Assembly: GCA_965178125.1 (NCBI GenBank)
Contig: CBCXTV010000007.1
Coordinates: 1 to 54,615 of the forward strand
Length of the DNA: 54,615 bases
Direction of reading: 5' to 3'
Origin: Bilabrum cf. latius
Lineage: Eukaryota
This document shows positions 10,387 through 20,701 of the stretch, in pieces (positions within the stretch are counted from its first letter, which is position 1; every line of letters starts with the position of its first letter). Under the pieces are notes generated by a model. It saw nothing but the letters and a program-made list of their open reading frames with translations, did not search any database and was not told where the DNA came from. The position numbers and the translations under genes were made by a program.

Positions 10387-10761
10387 TCATGGGAGCACCA
10401 CGACTGGCCGACCGTTCACCATGTGGACGAACCTCTGCGGCTCGAAGTCCGCATAGGTACTTCTGTTGCGCGTGAGATGACCGATCTCATCACGCGCTGA
10501 CAATCCGGCATCGACAAGAGTGTCATCGAAATCGATGACGAGACTATCGCTCGCGCTGGCTCTGCTTCCTGCGGCGCGACTTCCGGCCGGTGTCGGCGCT
10601 CCGCGACGCTCCTGCAGCGTGGCCTCCCCGCTGCGCTGGAGCTCCGTCGCGTGCGCTGCGTGGACCGGCAGCCATGTGCCGCCGATGCCTGCGTCGGGCT
10701 GACGCTTCTTCCTCTTCGGCATCGGTGTGCGAAGACGCGCGTGGGCCCGGACGGAATCCAT
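10387..10761 (-). CDS. Small hypothetical protein (124 aa) with NLS-like PKRKKR; also at 25079..25453 and 39769..40143
   Basis: Open in three copies and co-oriented with the other genes; could instead be a 5' exon of the GT-like gene. Confidence 0.45.
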   Translation of the reverse strand: MDSVRAHARLRTPMPKRKKRQPDAGIGGTWLPVHAAHATELQRSGEATLQERRGAPTPAGSRAAGSRASASDSLVIDFDDTLVDAGLSARDEIGHLTRNRSTYADFEPQRFVHMVNGRPVVVLP

Positions 10762-11140
10762 CCCAGTAAAGAAATGACGCGATAAGCGCGGGCGGACATG
10801 GATTCCGCAGCGTTCACATACGTCAGCACATGTTATGTCACGACATGTATATGTGCAATCTGCATCTTACGCATACACCAGCATTTCCGACATGTTTCAT
10901 GCTGTGAAACAAAACCAATCGCCAAATACCCGCAACAAATGAAAATTGGAAATTTCAACGCTCATATGCATAAAATGACAATGTGCATCATCCTCGAGTT
11001 GAACAGCTTGCCCGCTGCAGGAGTCGTGAAGGCGCCGACGGCATCCACGCCATCGCACGCGCCCGCGCGCCGGACCCCTCTGGACATGACGCCGAACCAC
11101 GGCGAAAGGCTCGTTTAGTTCGACGCGATCACTCACCGCA

Positions 11141-11530
11141 TCAGCCGCCGCGGCGCTGCCACACAGGCGCCGGGGGTGAGCGCGATCGACCGCTGGTCGA
11201 GTCCGCGCTGCGGCGCGCCGCGCGCCGCGCCTCGCCAGCGCGGCGCTCGTCGTTCCACAACTCGCCGCTCGGGGGGACGGTGCCATCTCCGGCACGTCCA
11301 GCCACGAAGGGAAGAAACTCCGCGCCGTTGATGCGCGCATGCAACGTGAGCACACCCGGCGGGCGCTCGACGTTAACGCGCCACGTTGTCCGCACCACCA
11401 GTCTGGTGCTTCCGTCGTCCTGCCGCTCACCGAGACAAGTCACGGAATCGACAGTAAGGGCACCACTCTGGGTGCCGACTTGCCGCTGCAATAGGGCTGT
11501 GACCCAACGCGCGTGGGTATCGCTCGCCAT
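11141..11530 (-). CDS. Small hypothetical protein (129 aa from MASDTH), beta-rich with Arg/Ser tail; also at 25832..26221, frameshifted at ~40522..40913
   Basis: ATGG start, protein-like composition and an RSRSP tail; first ORF inside the putative element end. Confidence 0.45.
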   Translation of the reverse strand: MASDTHARWVTALLQRQVGTQSGALTVDSVTCLGERQDDGSTRLVVRTTWRVNVERPPGVLTLHARINGAEFLPFVAGRAGDGTVPPSGELWNDERRAGEARRAARRSADSTSGRSRSPPAPVWQRRGG

Positions 11531-12624
11531 GTGGGCGACAACGCATGCGCACAAACGGGATTTTCCTGAAAGCCATGTATGAGCGCGCACGTAAAAACGC
11601 GTGAATGCGCGGAACCGAATTTCTACACGCTCGCCTGCATCAAGCATCCAAAATTTCCTCATACGAACTTCGAACCGTGTTTTACGTCGCTCGCAAAATG
11701 AAACGCGACAGCACCATATCAGCATGTCCCCTAATCAATGCTTCGCCCCGCGGTTTCAGAACCTGCCATCCATGCGCATGAATCGGAGACCAAACTTACA
11801 CAGCAAAGAAACAAGGGGGTTAGAAAACAGCGGGAGAAAGCTCAAAACGGCGAAAAATGCGGGACGCACAAACGATGGGAAGGGGGGGGCGAACAAAAGA
11901 AATATCCGTAGGAACACGTCATGTGGTAAAAAAAAAAAAAAATCACTCACAATCCCAAGGGGCCTACATAGGCTCATACATGTTGACACACTGTGCAACA
12001 GCATGATTTTGTCAACCATTATATGACGACATCTGCGAGTTGAGGGCAAAATCGTTTATGCGTTGGATGCAACATTCATGATCACACCGCCGAATATTCC
12101 GAAAATTGCCCTCGTTGTCAGCGACTCTCGGTGGAACGCACGCGTCACCGATGGCCGACTCGTAACAAGAAAATATGAGACATGCTTGCGATCACGTCGG
12201 CGTTTGCTTGGGCTGTGTGCGTACGGAGATTCCCAAACTAGGCTCACGTTAGCCCGAACGACATGATTACGGTTGCAATGACCCAGCGCTATACACGTGC
12301 AACACGTCCTGGGATGTTTCATCACACTGTCGCATAATCAGGCCCATCATGCGAGCCAAAGACACCCCAGGCCTCAAGAATGAGACGGCGAGGACCTGTG
12401 CGACGAGCAAAAGGACCGAGATTTGGGAAAAGAGCGGGGAGGGGTGGGAAGGGGGATAGGCACGAAAAAAAGGGGATCTCCTTCAGGGACGGACAGGGGA
12501 GGAGCGAGACGGGGGATGGGAAAGGGGGACCCGAATTGGGGCCGCAGGAAGGTGACGAATCCGCGGCCCCGACTTCAGGACCGCGGGGCTGGTTTTGAGA
12601 CCGTTTCCGGCCCAGGAAACTGGA

Positions 12625-12667
12625 CACGAAAAAGTGAAGCCCGACAGTCGGGCTTCACTTTTTCGTG
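12625..12667. repeat. Perfect 43-bp palindrome; putative TIR-TIR (circle) junction
   Basis: cacgaaaaagtgaagcccgac-a-gtcgggcttcactttttcgtg: 21-bp arms around a 1-nt centre, followed by ~40 bp of imperfect inverted similarity. The palindrome is certain; its role is inferred. Confidence 0.85.
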
Positions 12668-13024
12668 CTCGCTTTTCGGGGGCGAAAACAGCACCGAAAT
12701 CGAGGCCGTTTTTTGGCGCATGTGGCAGAAATCGAGCAAGCAATGTACACATGATTCCACCTTTGGAAGGACTTACCACCTTCAGTGGCTTCCGTCATAA
12801 TGTTTCAAGTCATAATCAACGAGATCCAGGACGCGACGCCACAACGCATGTGGCCACAACCGACACTTGGCCCCAAACAAACTGTGCTCGAACACCCTCA
12901 AGACCAAACGGCATCCAACTGACCGGAACACGAAATACACGGACCGCTATTTAAGGATCGTCCTGCATAACGAGACAAGCAAACTTACATGACGGACATG
13001 AAACATATCTCGATGCGTCTAACT

Positions 13025-13288
13025 GGCGGAGGGGCGGGCGGACAGGCGAACGGGCGAACAGACGACTGACCGGATGGGCAGCCGGGCGGGCTGGCGGGTG
13101 AGCGGCAGCGGGTGGGCGGGCGAGCGGCCGGATGTACGCGGACAAACGGGCGGGCGATCGAGCGCGGGCGGGCGCGCGGGCGGGCGGGCGGACGGGCGCG
13201 GGCGGGCGGACACGACGGGCGGGCGGGCGCAGGCGGGCAGGCGGGGCGCGGGCGGTCGGGCAGGCGGGCGGGCAGGCAGGCGGGCGGG
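13025..13288 (+). repeat. Degenerate (GGGC)n tract 3 (also ~27711-27975, ~42400-42663)
   Basis: Visible gggc/ggca repeats ~360 bp inside the palindromic junction. Confidence 0.95.
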
Positions 13289-13478
13289 ACGAAATACGAA
13301 AACGGGAAAAAACACGAACGCGCACGGGCTTTTCAAAACACGGCCACAGCCCGAGCCTCGACTGTGATCGTCCGCGCGGGGAGTCCCTGGCGCCGTTCAC
13401 GCCGCCCACTTGAAACGCGCCACGACGGCGGGCGCTGAGGCGACCACGGAGCGGCTCCCCGAACGGCGACAGGCTCGT

Positions 13479-14189
13479 TTACGGGCAAGTGTCGTGCGCC
13501 CCGTCCTCACACCCTGACGAGTCTGTGTCCATCACGGTCGTGATGGGATCCTGTAGTTCCATCGGATGTGTGCACTCCTCAAAATAACCACGCAAATGCT
13601 CCGCTGACTCAGCAAAGACAAGGCCCTCCACCATCTTCTGATTGCCTTGCCCCAGAACAAAAGAGCGAGTGGAGTCTGCGACACAATGCCCAGCATCCAC
13701 GATTCGAACGTTAAGACACACATGAACGTCGACAACGCCCTTCTGGCACATGTTCGACAAGTATGTCTTCGCAGACGTGAAGTCGGAACAGCCGCACCGT
13801 CGGCAAACGATGCGGCCTCGACCACACAAGGTGCGATGCTTCAAATCCGTCAACAATCTATACAATCGTCTGTGCGCCCGCTGCTGACCAGACACTGTAG
13901 TAAGCTGGTCATACGCAACCATCTCATCGCACATGCCGCACATCAAGCTATCCAGACGTAAAAAACAATCCGCAATGTCAGGAATGTGCATACCAGCCGG
14001 CGCCAACACGACTTCGCCAGGCTTTGCGAAAACTAACTTGGCACACCAGTCCCGCTTCTCAGTTGCCACAAGCACGACACCATCCCGGACGTCAAGCTTC
14101 ACTTCCATCACACGCGAATCCGCCTGGCACATCGAGTTCCGCGAGCGTTTCTGCGTCTCTGTCGCCGCTGCATCCGAACTGCAAGCCAT
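13479..14189 (-). CDS. Cys-rich hypothetical protein (~236 aa), possibly zinc-binding
   Basis: Likely start MACSSD in a GCCATGG context; CxxC pairs CGMC and CRRCGC; the only indel between copies is 3 nt and in frame. Confidence 0.65.
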   Translation of the reverse strand: MACSSDAAATETQKRSRNSMCQADSRVMEVKLDVRDGVVLVATEKRDWCAKLVFAKPGEVVLAPAGMHIPDIADCFLRLDSLMCGMCDEMVAYDQLTTVSGQQRAHRRLYRLLTDLKHRTLCGRGRIVCRRCGCSDFTSAKTYLSNMCQKGVVDVHVCLNVRIVDAGHCVADSTRSFVLGQGNQKMVEGLVFAESAEHLRGYFEECTHPMELQDPITTVMDTDSSGCEDGAHDTCP

Positions 14190-15560
14190 GGCACGGGCCG
14201 GACTGGCGAAGAAGGAAACGCGACACGACAGGATGCGAGGTTGGGCCTCCGAAACAGGCAATCTGCCAGCCAAAACGACTGTGCCGTCATGGTCCATTCG
14301 AGTGTAAGGCGTAATCGCATATCACTCAATACCCTTGCAATCACCCTGCATCAACGCATCACGCCTACAATTTTCGTACTGGTTGCGGTCCGATGATGCC
14401 CGACACGCAAACGCTGCGTGCCACAGAGCAATGGATCAATCGCTTGCAGATTCGTCTTCAGCCGACAGCGATGTGAGGGCGAAACTACCCATGCGAAGCC
14501 TCATGTAAAACACAAGCTTTCTACAATGTGATCCGTCATACATACAGGCTCGAACACGCGCCAGTACGCTCCTCCATGGAATCGATGAATAGCGCACTCT
14601 CGTCCGCAGTCTTCGCCCGGCGGACGATCGGCATGCGGATGCATTTGCACATTTATAATGCACAGAGATCCCTGCGCTGATTCTTTGGGAACTGAGATTG
14701 AATGTCATAGCAACTATGAACGCTAAACTGGCAACTTTCCTAATCTCGAAATGACGACGGCGACAGGCTCATTTCGTCATTTCAGCATTGCGCGGATAAC
14801 AATGGCAGAAATCTCATGGCGCAAATATATCGAATGGGACCACGGGCGGGCGGACTGGCACGCGAACAGGCAGGCGGCTAGGACGTGCAGGCGGGCAAAT
14901 GGGCGGGCGTACGGGCGGGCGAGCGGACGAACGGGCGGGCGGGCAGACGGACGGCCGGGCGGGCGGATGCGCGGGCGGGCACGCTGGCGCGCACACGAGC
15001 GAGCGGACGGGTGCGCGGGCGGGCGAACGGACGGGCGGGCGGACGGGCGGGCGGGCGAAGGCGGGACGGGCGAACGGACGGGCGCGCGGGCAGGGACGGG
15101 CGGACGCGCGCCGGCGGCCGCGCGGGCGCGGCGAACGCGCAAACGAGCGCGGGCGGCCGAGCGGGCGCGGTCGGGCGGGCGCGAGCGAGTGGGGCGAGAA
15201 CCCCATGACGAACCCACAGCACGCAATTTCAAACGTCGACCGCACGCCTCGCAAGCAAGCTGTTACGACTGTCACCGCGAAGACGGACCTATACACACAG
15301 TAAAACAACCACAACCGAGATCCATCCCTGCATTCCCTGTACATCCGCAGAGACGAACACACTATCGAGACGGAACGTGCCACACGCACAAGACAGCGGG
15401 GATGGGTAGCAGACTCCTGATCCGTTCTGCCCGACCCGTAGGGCAGTGGGATGAGTAAGGACTCGGGTTCCCATTCAGCCCTGCATGTGGATGGAGCGAC
15501 AACATATTGCTGAAGACATGACTGCAATGTTGTTCATTGCATGCGAAAGGCATATTGTCG

Positions 15561-17228
15561 TCACTCCATCCACAACGGGTCTTTGACCCACACGTATGTC
15601 TGGTTGCCAAGAATCCACGCGCGGTCCTCGGCGGACAACGCTTGGAGAGCCGTGTCCCAATGATTCGATGTGCACACCATGCGTGTTCGATGAGTGAAAA
15701 TTTCATACTCGTAGCAGTTCGTGGACGAACTTGCAAGCTGTACGCGGGCCGTCGACGCCTGAAAAAGCTTCCGCTCCGCCACAACGACCGCGGGACTGAC
15801 CTCGTCGAACAAGATCAATCCGTCCCGTTCCCAGTCAAAATCTTTTAGTGACGGCAACGTCTGGCCCGAAACAATTCACTTCGAACACACGCATGCCTTC
15901 GGGCTGTAACGTCCGCGCGAAGGACGTTTTTCCGGTGCACGTTGGACCGTCCAACACTAGGGAAGCGGTAACGCTGCATCAAAACGCCGTATTGACGGAG
16001 CCAACCTTCGACGTCCGGCAGACTCCTCCACGTGCGACGTTGCAACGCGAAGTGCGCATCAACCGCGCGGCGGTACGCTTCCACGCGCTCGCGCGCGCGC
16101 GCCCGGTCCATGAGACCAAGGGTCGGATAGATACCGAGTCGCACCAATGCCCACGCGCTCAAGAAGCGAACGCGCCGACTCCGTCGACAACTTTTCGCTC
16201 TGGGCCAGCTGCATGACCCACAGCGCGTGCACGGGGTAATCGCGGAACGGCTGCCGGTCGGAATCAGTCCACAGATGACCGACTTTCTCGACACAGCAGT
16301 AAAAGTATGGAAGCCACTCGCCGACACCGTTGCGCGACCGGCCCTCGAAACGTTCGGGAGGTCGCACGTGCGGGGAAACGCCACGAAACGACGTTGCCCC
16401 GTGACTGAGCACGCGAAGGAAACCGGGCACCGCACCTCGGAGAAAGCACACGTGAAAATGCACTTGAGCGCTCCCGCTCTCGGTGAAAGGTCTGCGGACA
16501 TATCTCCGCACAGATGGCCCGGTGCGTTGCTCCGATGAACTCCCCAAGCGCGTGCGCATAGAACACCAAACGTCGTGCCAGAGACGCACAACGTCGGCAC
16601 GACGCATAAGCAAAAGCGCAGCGTCGTCAACGCACGCGCACGGCACGCACCTCCGCATCCGCAAAAAGCCATTCTGCGGAAATGAAGGTCAGAAAAGTCC
16701 TACGACGCGCGCCACATGACTCCTTGTGAGGCATCAGGAGATCGGCGACTGGATCGCGGTCTATGTTGGCCGCCGTCAGGTACAACTGCGACACGGCCTT
16801 CTTCGCTTCCAAAGACAATGAAGCGAACTTGACACGAAATTCACGGAAAGACTTCGCACTCGTCAGGGACGGCCCCTGCACCGCCACAGGCATCTCCAAA
16901 CCTCTCTGGACGGCTCGCATAGAAACAGACGTGTCCGACCGCTCAAAAAGTCCCGACGCTGCCTGATGGTCCGGTCCTGCATGCTCTGCACCGTCGGAAT
17001 ATCGCCCAAGGACGCCGCTAAAACCTTCCACTGGGCAAAAGGCTCCTGAGCGGAACTATCAGTTGAGACAGCAGCTCCAGAAGAAGAAGACGACGTGGAC
17101 GGAGTTTGCGCGACGTCGATATATGACGACGCCAGAACACCCTTCGCAGACATACGCCGGCGCTTCAACTTGGGCGACGACGCGACAGCCACGTCATCCG
17201 ACGACGGCGCGGATGACGATACATTCAT
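15561..17228 (-). pseudogene. rep: CRESS-like Rep, copy 2, multiple frameshifts
   Basis: Rep motifs are split over ORFs 15561..15857, 15845..16672, 16059..16664 and 16627..17031 by small indels. Confidence 0.8.
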
Positions 17229-18426
17229 CGTCACAGGGACAAGGGAAACACAATGAATGCGAGGGACACACGACACTAGGCCAAACAGCATGGGATTCCG
17301 ACACCGTGCACAAGAACTCGAGCAACAACGCATCTGACCATGCCACACCATTCGACTTCTGCCGGGACCGTCGCAGTCCGTCACACGACCCTGCTCGGAT
17401 GCCCCTGACAGCCGCCGCAAACGCCTCTGTGGGAACTAGGATATCCGCCACAAGACCCGGGCACGCGTGCCCGAGGGGACCCTTCGGTCCCGCAAGAGAG
17501 ACGGGGTCCCACCATGTCCTGACGTTTCATGAACGCCGCAAGACCCGGGCCCGGGTCTTCTGTCCCACATGACACCTTCCACCATCATTGACGTCCCACC
17601 TATCTGCCCCCTCCCACCATGACATCCCAATCATCCACCAATTACCCGCGTTAACCCGCCACACACCACCTGGGGTTGCATCCTTATCCCAACACGTACC
17701 CACCCTTCTCTCTAAGAGTGCTTCTTTTCCCGAATGCCTTTGTCTCTCATGGTCAAAATCCGTGTGCAGCATACAACACATATGACTCCCCCTCGAACTC
17801 GTGGGACACCACGTTCCGGAACACAACTCCTCCACCAACACATGCATAACACTGCCGCCTAGTTTGCGCGGGAACCCTTGCAATGAGGTGAAATCGACGC
17901 AGGCGAAATCCAGAAAGGCCTTGTGGCGACCCCTCTTTTCGCGTCTTTTTGGCCCCCAAAGGGGGTGCCACGGCCCCCTTTTTTTACTCGGCAAAAAGCG
18001 GTGTCACCATTCTCGGCCCTTAAAAATATTAATATGGCGGCGGCACCGCTTTGGGGACACCATGGTTTTTTTCGAGCAAAATGGCCTGTTTTCCTTGTAA
18101 ACCCCTAAAAAACACAGGACGGCGGTGGCACCGCATTTTTTCGAGTGAAATGGCCTTCCCTTTGAGAACTGATTTTCGAAAAAAAAAACTCCCTCTTTGA
18201 TGGTTTCTGTGCTTTTATTCTTGGTCAATCGTGGTGTTTAAACTGTATGTTGAGAACTTTTTGCCGTATTTCGAGTTCACTTTGGGCATTGAAGACTGAC
18301 ATTTTGTAGTTTTCCGCTTCTATGTTGGTTCTTTTTTCTGCGTCAGTTCGTGTGCGGTGTGTTTCGACTGATGGGAATGTGCGTGCTTCCTGCTGACAAT
18401 ACGGGTGCTCTCCGAGCGGCGCCCGT

Positions 18427-18918
18427 TCAACCCTTCTTGGCTTTTGCCTTCGCTGTACGGGCCCTGACAGCCGTCGCGGAGACTGCGTCTCCGGAGGAAC
18501 CGGGTCGCGCCTGCGGAGGATTCTGTCGCATCTGCAGCACTGCGACGAGATCCTCGTCGTTCAACTGACGCGCCTTGCGCTTCAGTCTCGCCTTTCTTCT
18601 CTCTGCGTTTTTGAGGTTCTTCGCGACCTCCTTCTTCAGGTCGCGCGCTCTGTTTTTCTCCGCTCTCATGCGGTCGATGTACTCGAGCAAAGTCTCAGCG
18701 CTCTCTACCATTGCCGGAGGCTTTGGTCGGTCCGATGCCTCCGATTTTGCCGGCGCTGCTTCTACCTCTTGCGCTTCTGCTGTGACCATTACAGCTTCTT
18801 CGCCTTTGTCGATGACGGCATCGACGGACGTGGTCCCAGGCGCACCCCCCGGGGATCGCGGTGGCGAGACGGTTCCGTGATCGCTGTCGGCGTCGCTGGT
18901 GGCGTCCTGGGTCGCCAT
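18427..18918 (-). CDS. Basic coiled-coil hypothetical protein, copy 2
   Basis: Identical translation to 3733..4224. Confidence 0.75.
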   Translation of the reverse strand: MATQDATSDADSDHGTVSPPRSPGGAPGTTSVDAVIDKGEEAVMVTAEAQEVEAAPAKSEASDRPKPPAMVESAETLLEYIDRMRAEKNRARDLKKEVAKNLKNAERRKARLKRKARQLNDEDLVAVLQMRQNPPQARPGSSGDAVSATAVRARTAKAKAKKG

Positions 18919-20701
18919 GGCGCCGGTGTGCTGGGCTTTGGGACTAACTCGGCTGACGCTGTCGCGGCCGCCGCGCGTCGGGTGGCAATAGGGGAACGCT
19001 CAGCCCGACGTCGGTATGTCATGCGATGCGCGCGTGGAATGTTATGCATTCGCGGGCCATGCAGCAGAGTTGCGAAAACAGCATCGATGTCGACAATGCT
19101 ACGATCCGGGAAGACACTTTGTAAATCATGGAACGATGGCCACTCATGCACATCCTCGGGCACTGTTTGCCACTGCAGTAAGCTGAGAACGCGTTTTGAC
19201 ACACCTACTTGCGAGCCGTCAAGCCCATTGCTGTGGAATGCTTGATCCCACGTGCGTCGCCGTATGACACGTTCGAATGCCGTCAGCACGGCGTGGAAAA
19301 GCGCATGTGGCCATCGCTCGCGCGGCAGCGCGCGCGCGATGCGGAGCTGATATTCATGTTCTATGGCGCGCTTGTAAATTGCGAAGACGTGCGTGTCGCA
19401 AGGCTGGAGCGCCCACGTCATTTTCGCGGGGATTAAATGGTAGTGGAAATTGAGTCGAGATGCCGTATGCCACACGGCGCGACCCAGGTGAGCTCGATAC
19501 GTGTCCGCGCTAACAGTAAAATGATGCGTGTCTCGGAATGCATGGACGGCATCCGCGAGCACGCGCAGCGCGCGACACATTAATTTGGTGGTCATCCACC
19601 CCTTTGCGCCTCGCAAGAGAAGCACATTCGGAGGGAGCGCGAGGCGGAGCGCGTCAAATTGCTCGCGACTCACAATGCGGTCTGAGAAGAGGAATATGGT
19701 CGGCAAGTGCGGTTGGATGTCGCTGTTGTTGGCGATGCAGACGATTTGTGTGATCATGCTCCGCATCTCACGTTTCGGGGTCGGTTGACGCAAGCCTCCC
19801 GCTGCGCGAACTCGGCGTCGGGCCTCTTCCACAAGAAAACCTGCCTGTGAAACTGCCGTCAGCCGGATGCTCGTTTCGTCCATGTTCACGTGGACCGGGC
19901 ACTTGTCCGGCGGCGCGAAGGCCCGCAAGAAGTTGCACCATTTCCACACCGCACGTGCCTCGAAATTCGTTTGGGTCGGCTTTTTGCTCAAATTTGGGGG
20001 GCGTTTTCCGGGTCCAGAGTGTATTTGTTCTATATGTGAGGACCCCGAAACCAGGGCCGCTATATGGCCCCGTTTTGGGTTTCCTTCGTGAAACGTCGGA
20101 CGTGTTTTTGCCACTGTCCGGTGGCCTTTAGGCGTCGTCGATCCACACATTCTGCATCGAGTCGAGGCACGGCTCCGAGCGACACCTGCCAGCGTCGCCG
20201 CCAGCGTCGGCACCACTGTCGGATGCTTTGTCTTCTTCTAGATGCCTCGGGTCCTGCTCCTGCGGATCGGTACCCGTGAGCCTGCGTAATCTCGAGAAAA
20301 ACGTTCGTCGTCGGCGCGAGTGTATTGGCGAAGTTCTGCTCGTGAACCCACCTGTGCAGATTATGTTCTCGCAAGAACCGCGATGTCATCGTGGCAGCTT
20401 GTAGACGCTCTGGCGTCCATGGACGTTGTTGCTCTCGGAGCACACCGTCTTCCGTAAGAGTAGCGTGCCATGCACGAAGATTTGCGATCGCGTCGTCAAG
20501 AGTCGGAACCGGTGCATTCCGCCACTTCTGACGCAGATAAGCTTCTGCGGTGACGACGTCGACGATGACCGCCAAAAAGCGGGCGTGCCCCTCCAGTTGT
20601 GCTATGCGAGCTGTTTGCCGCCGGTGTTGCTCTCTGGCACGACGAACTGCTTGCTGAAGCGTCCGCATCGCGTTCGCGAGCGACGCGATTGTCGCTTCCA
20701 T
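18789..20701 (-). CDS. pogo-like DD35D transposase, copy 2 (exons 20701-20126, 19958-18789)
   Basis: Both ORF translations are identical to copy 1. Confidence 0.88.

Larger units (their letters stand above)
1..12647 (-). mobile_element. Partial unit, truncated by the window start
   Basis: Matches 14679-27333. Confidence 0.7.
70..13485 (-). repeat. Dispersed hairpin family (~10 per unit) with conserved 16-nt loop CGGCNNNNGGCTCGTT (+ strand reading)
   Basis: At 70-105, 2334-2363 (variant), 6348-6383, 6869-6894, 8547-8570, 9514-9539 (variant), 10194-10219, 10228-10252, 11093-11122 and 13458-13485. The stems differ in sequence but are complementary. Confidence 0.85.

Noticed and set aside
10510-10545. 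HAD-like motif LVIDFDDTLV in the 124-aa ORF
   Set aside because: It lies in the C-terminal half of a short ORF with no room for the remaining HAD motifs; probably coincidental unless spliced.
70-13485. CRISPR array, tRNA or known ribozyme reading of the repeated hairpins
   Set aside because: They are irregularly spaced over kilobases with no spacer periodicity or cas genes, no cloverleaf, and no hammerhead CUGAnGA/GAAA core.
882-17228. Treating the rep frameshifts in copies 1 and 2 as certain biological inactivation
   Set aside because: Most are 1-nt indels in short homopolymers and private to one copy, which is typical of long-read error; this cannot be resolved from the sequence alone.
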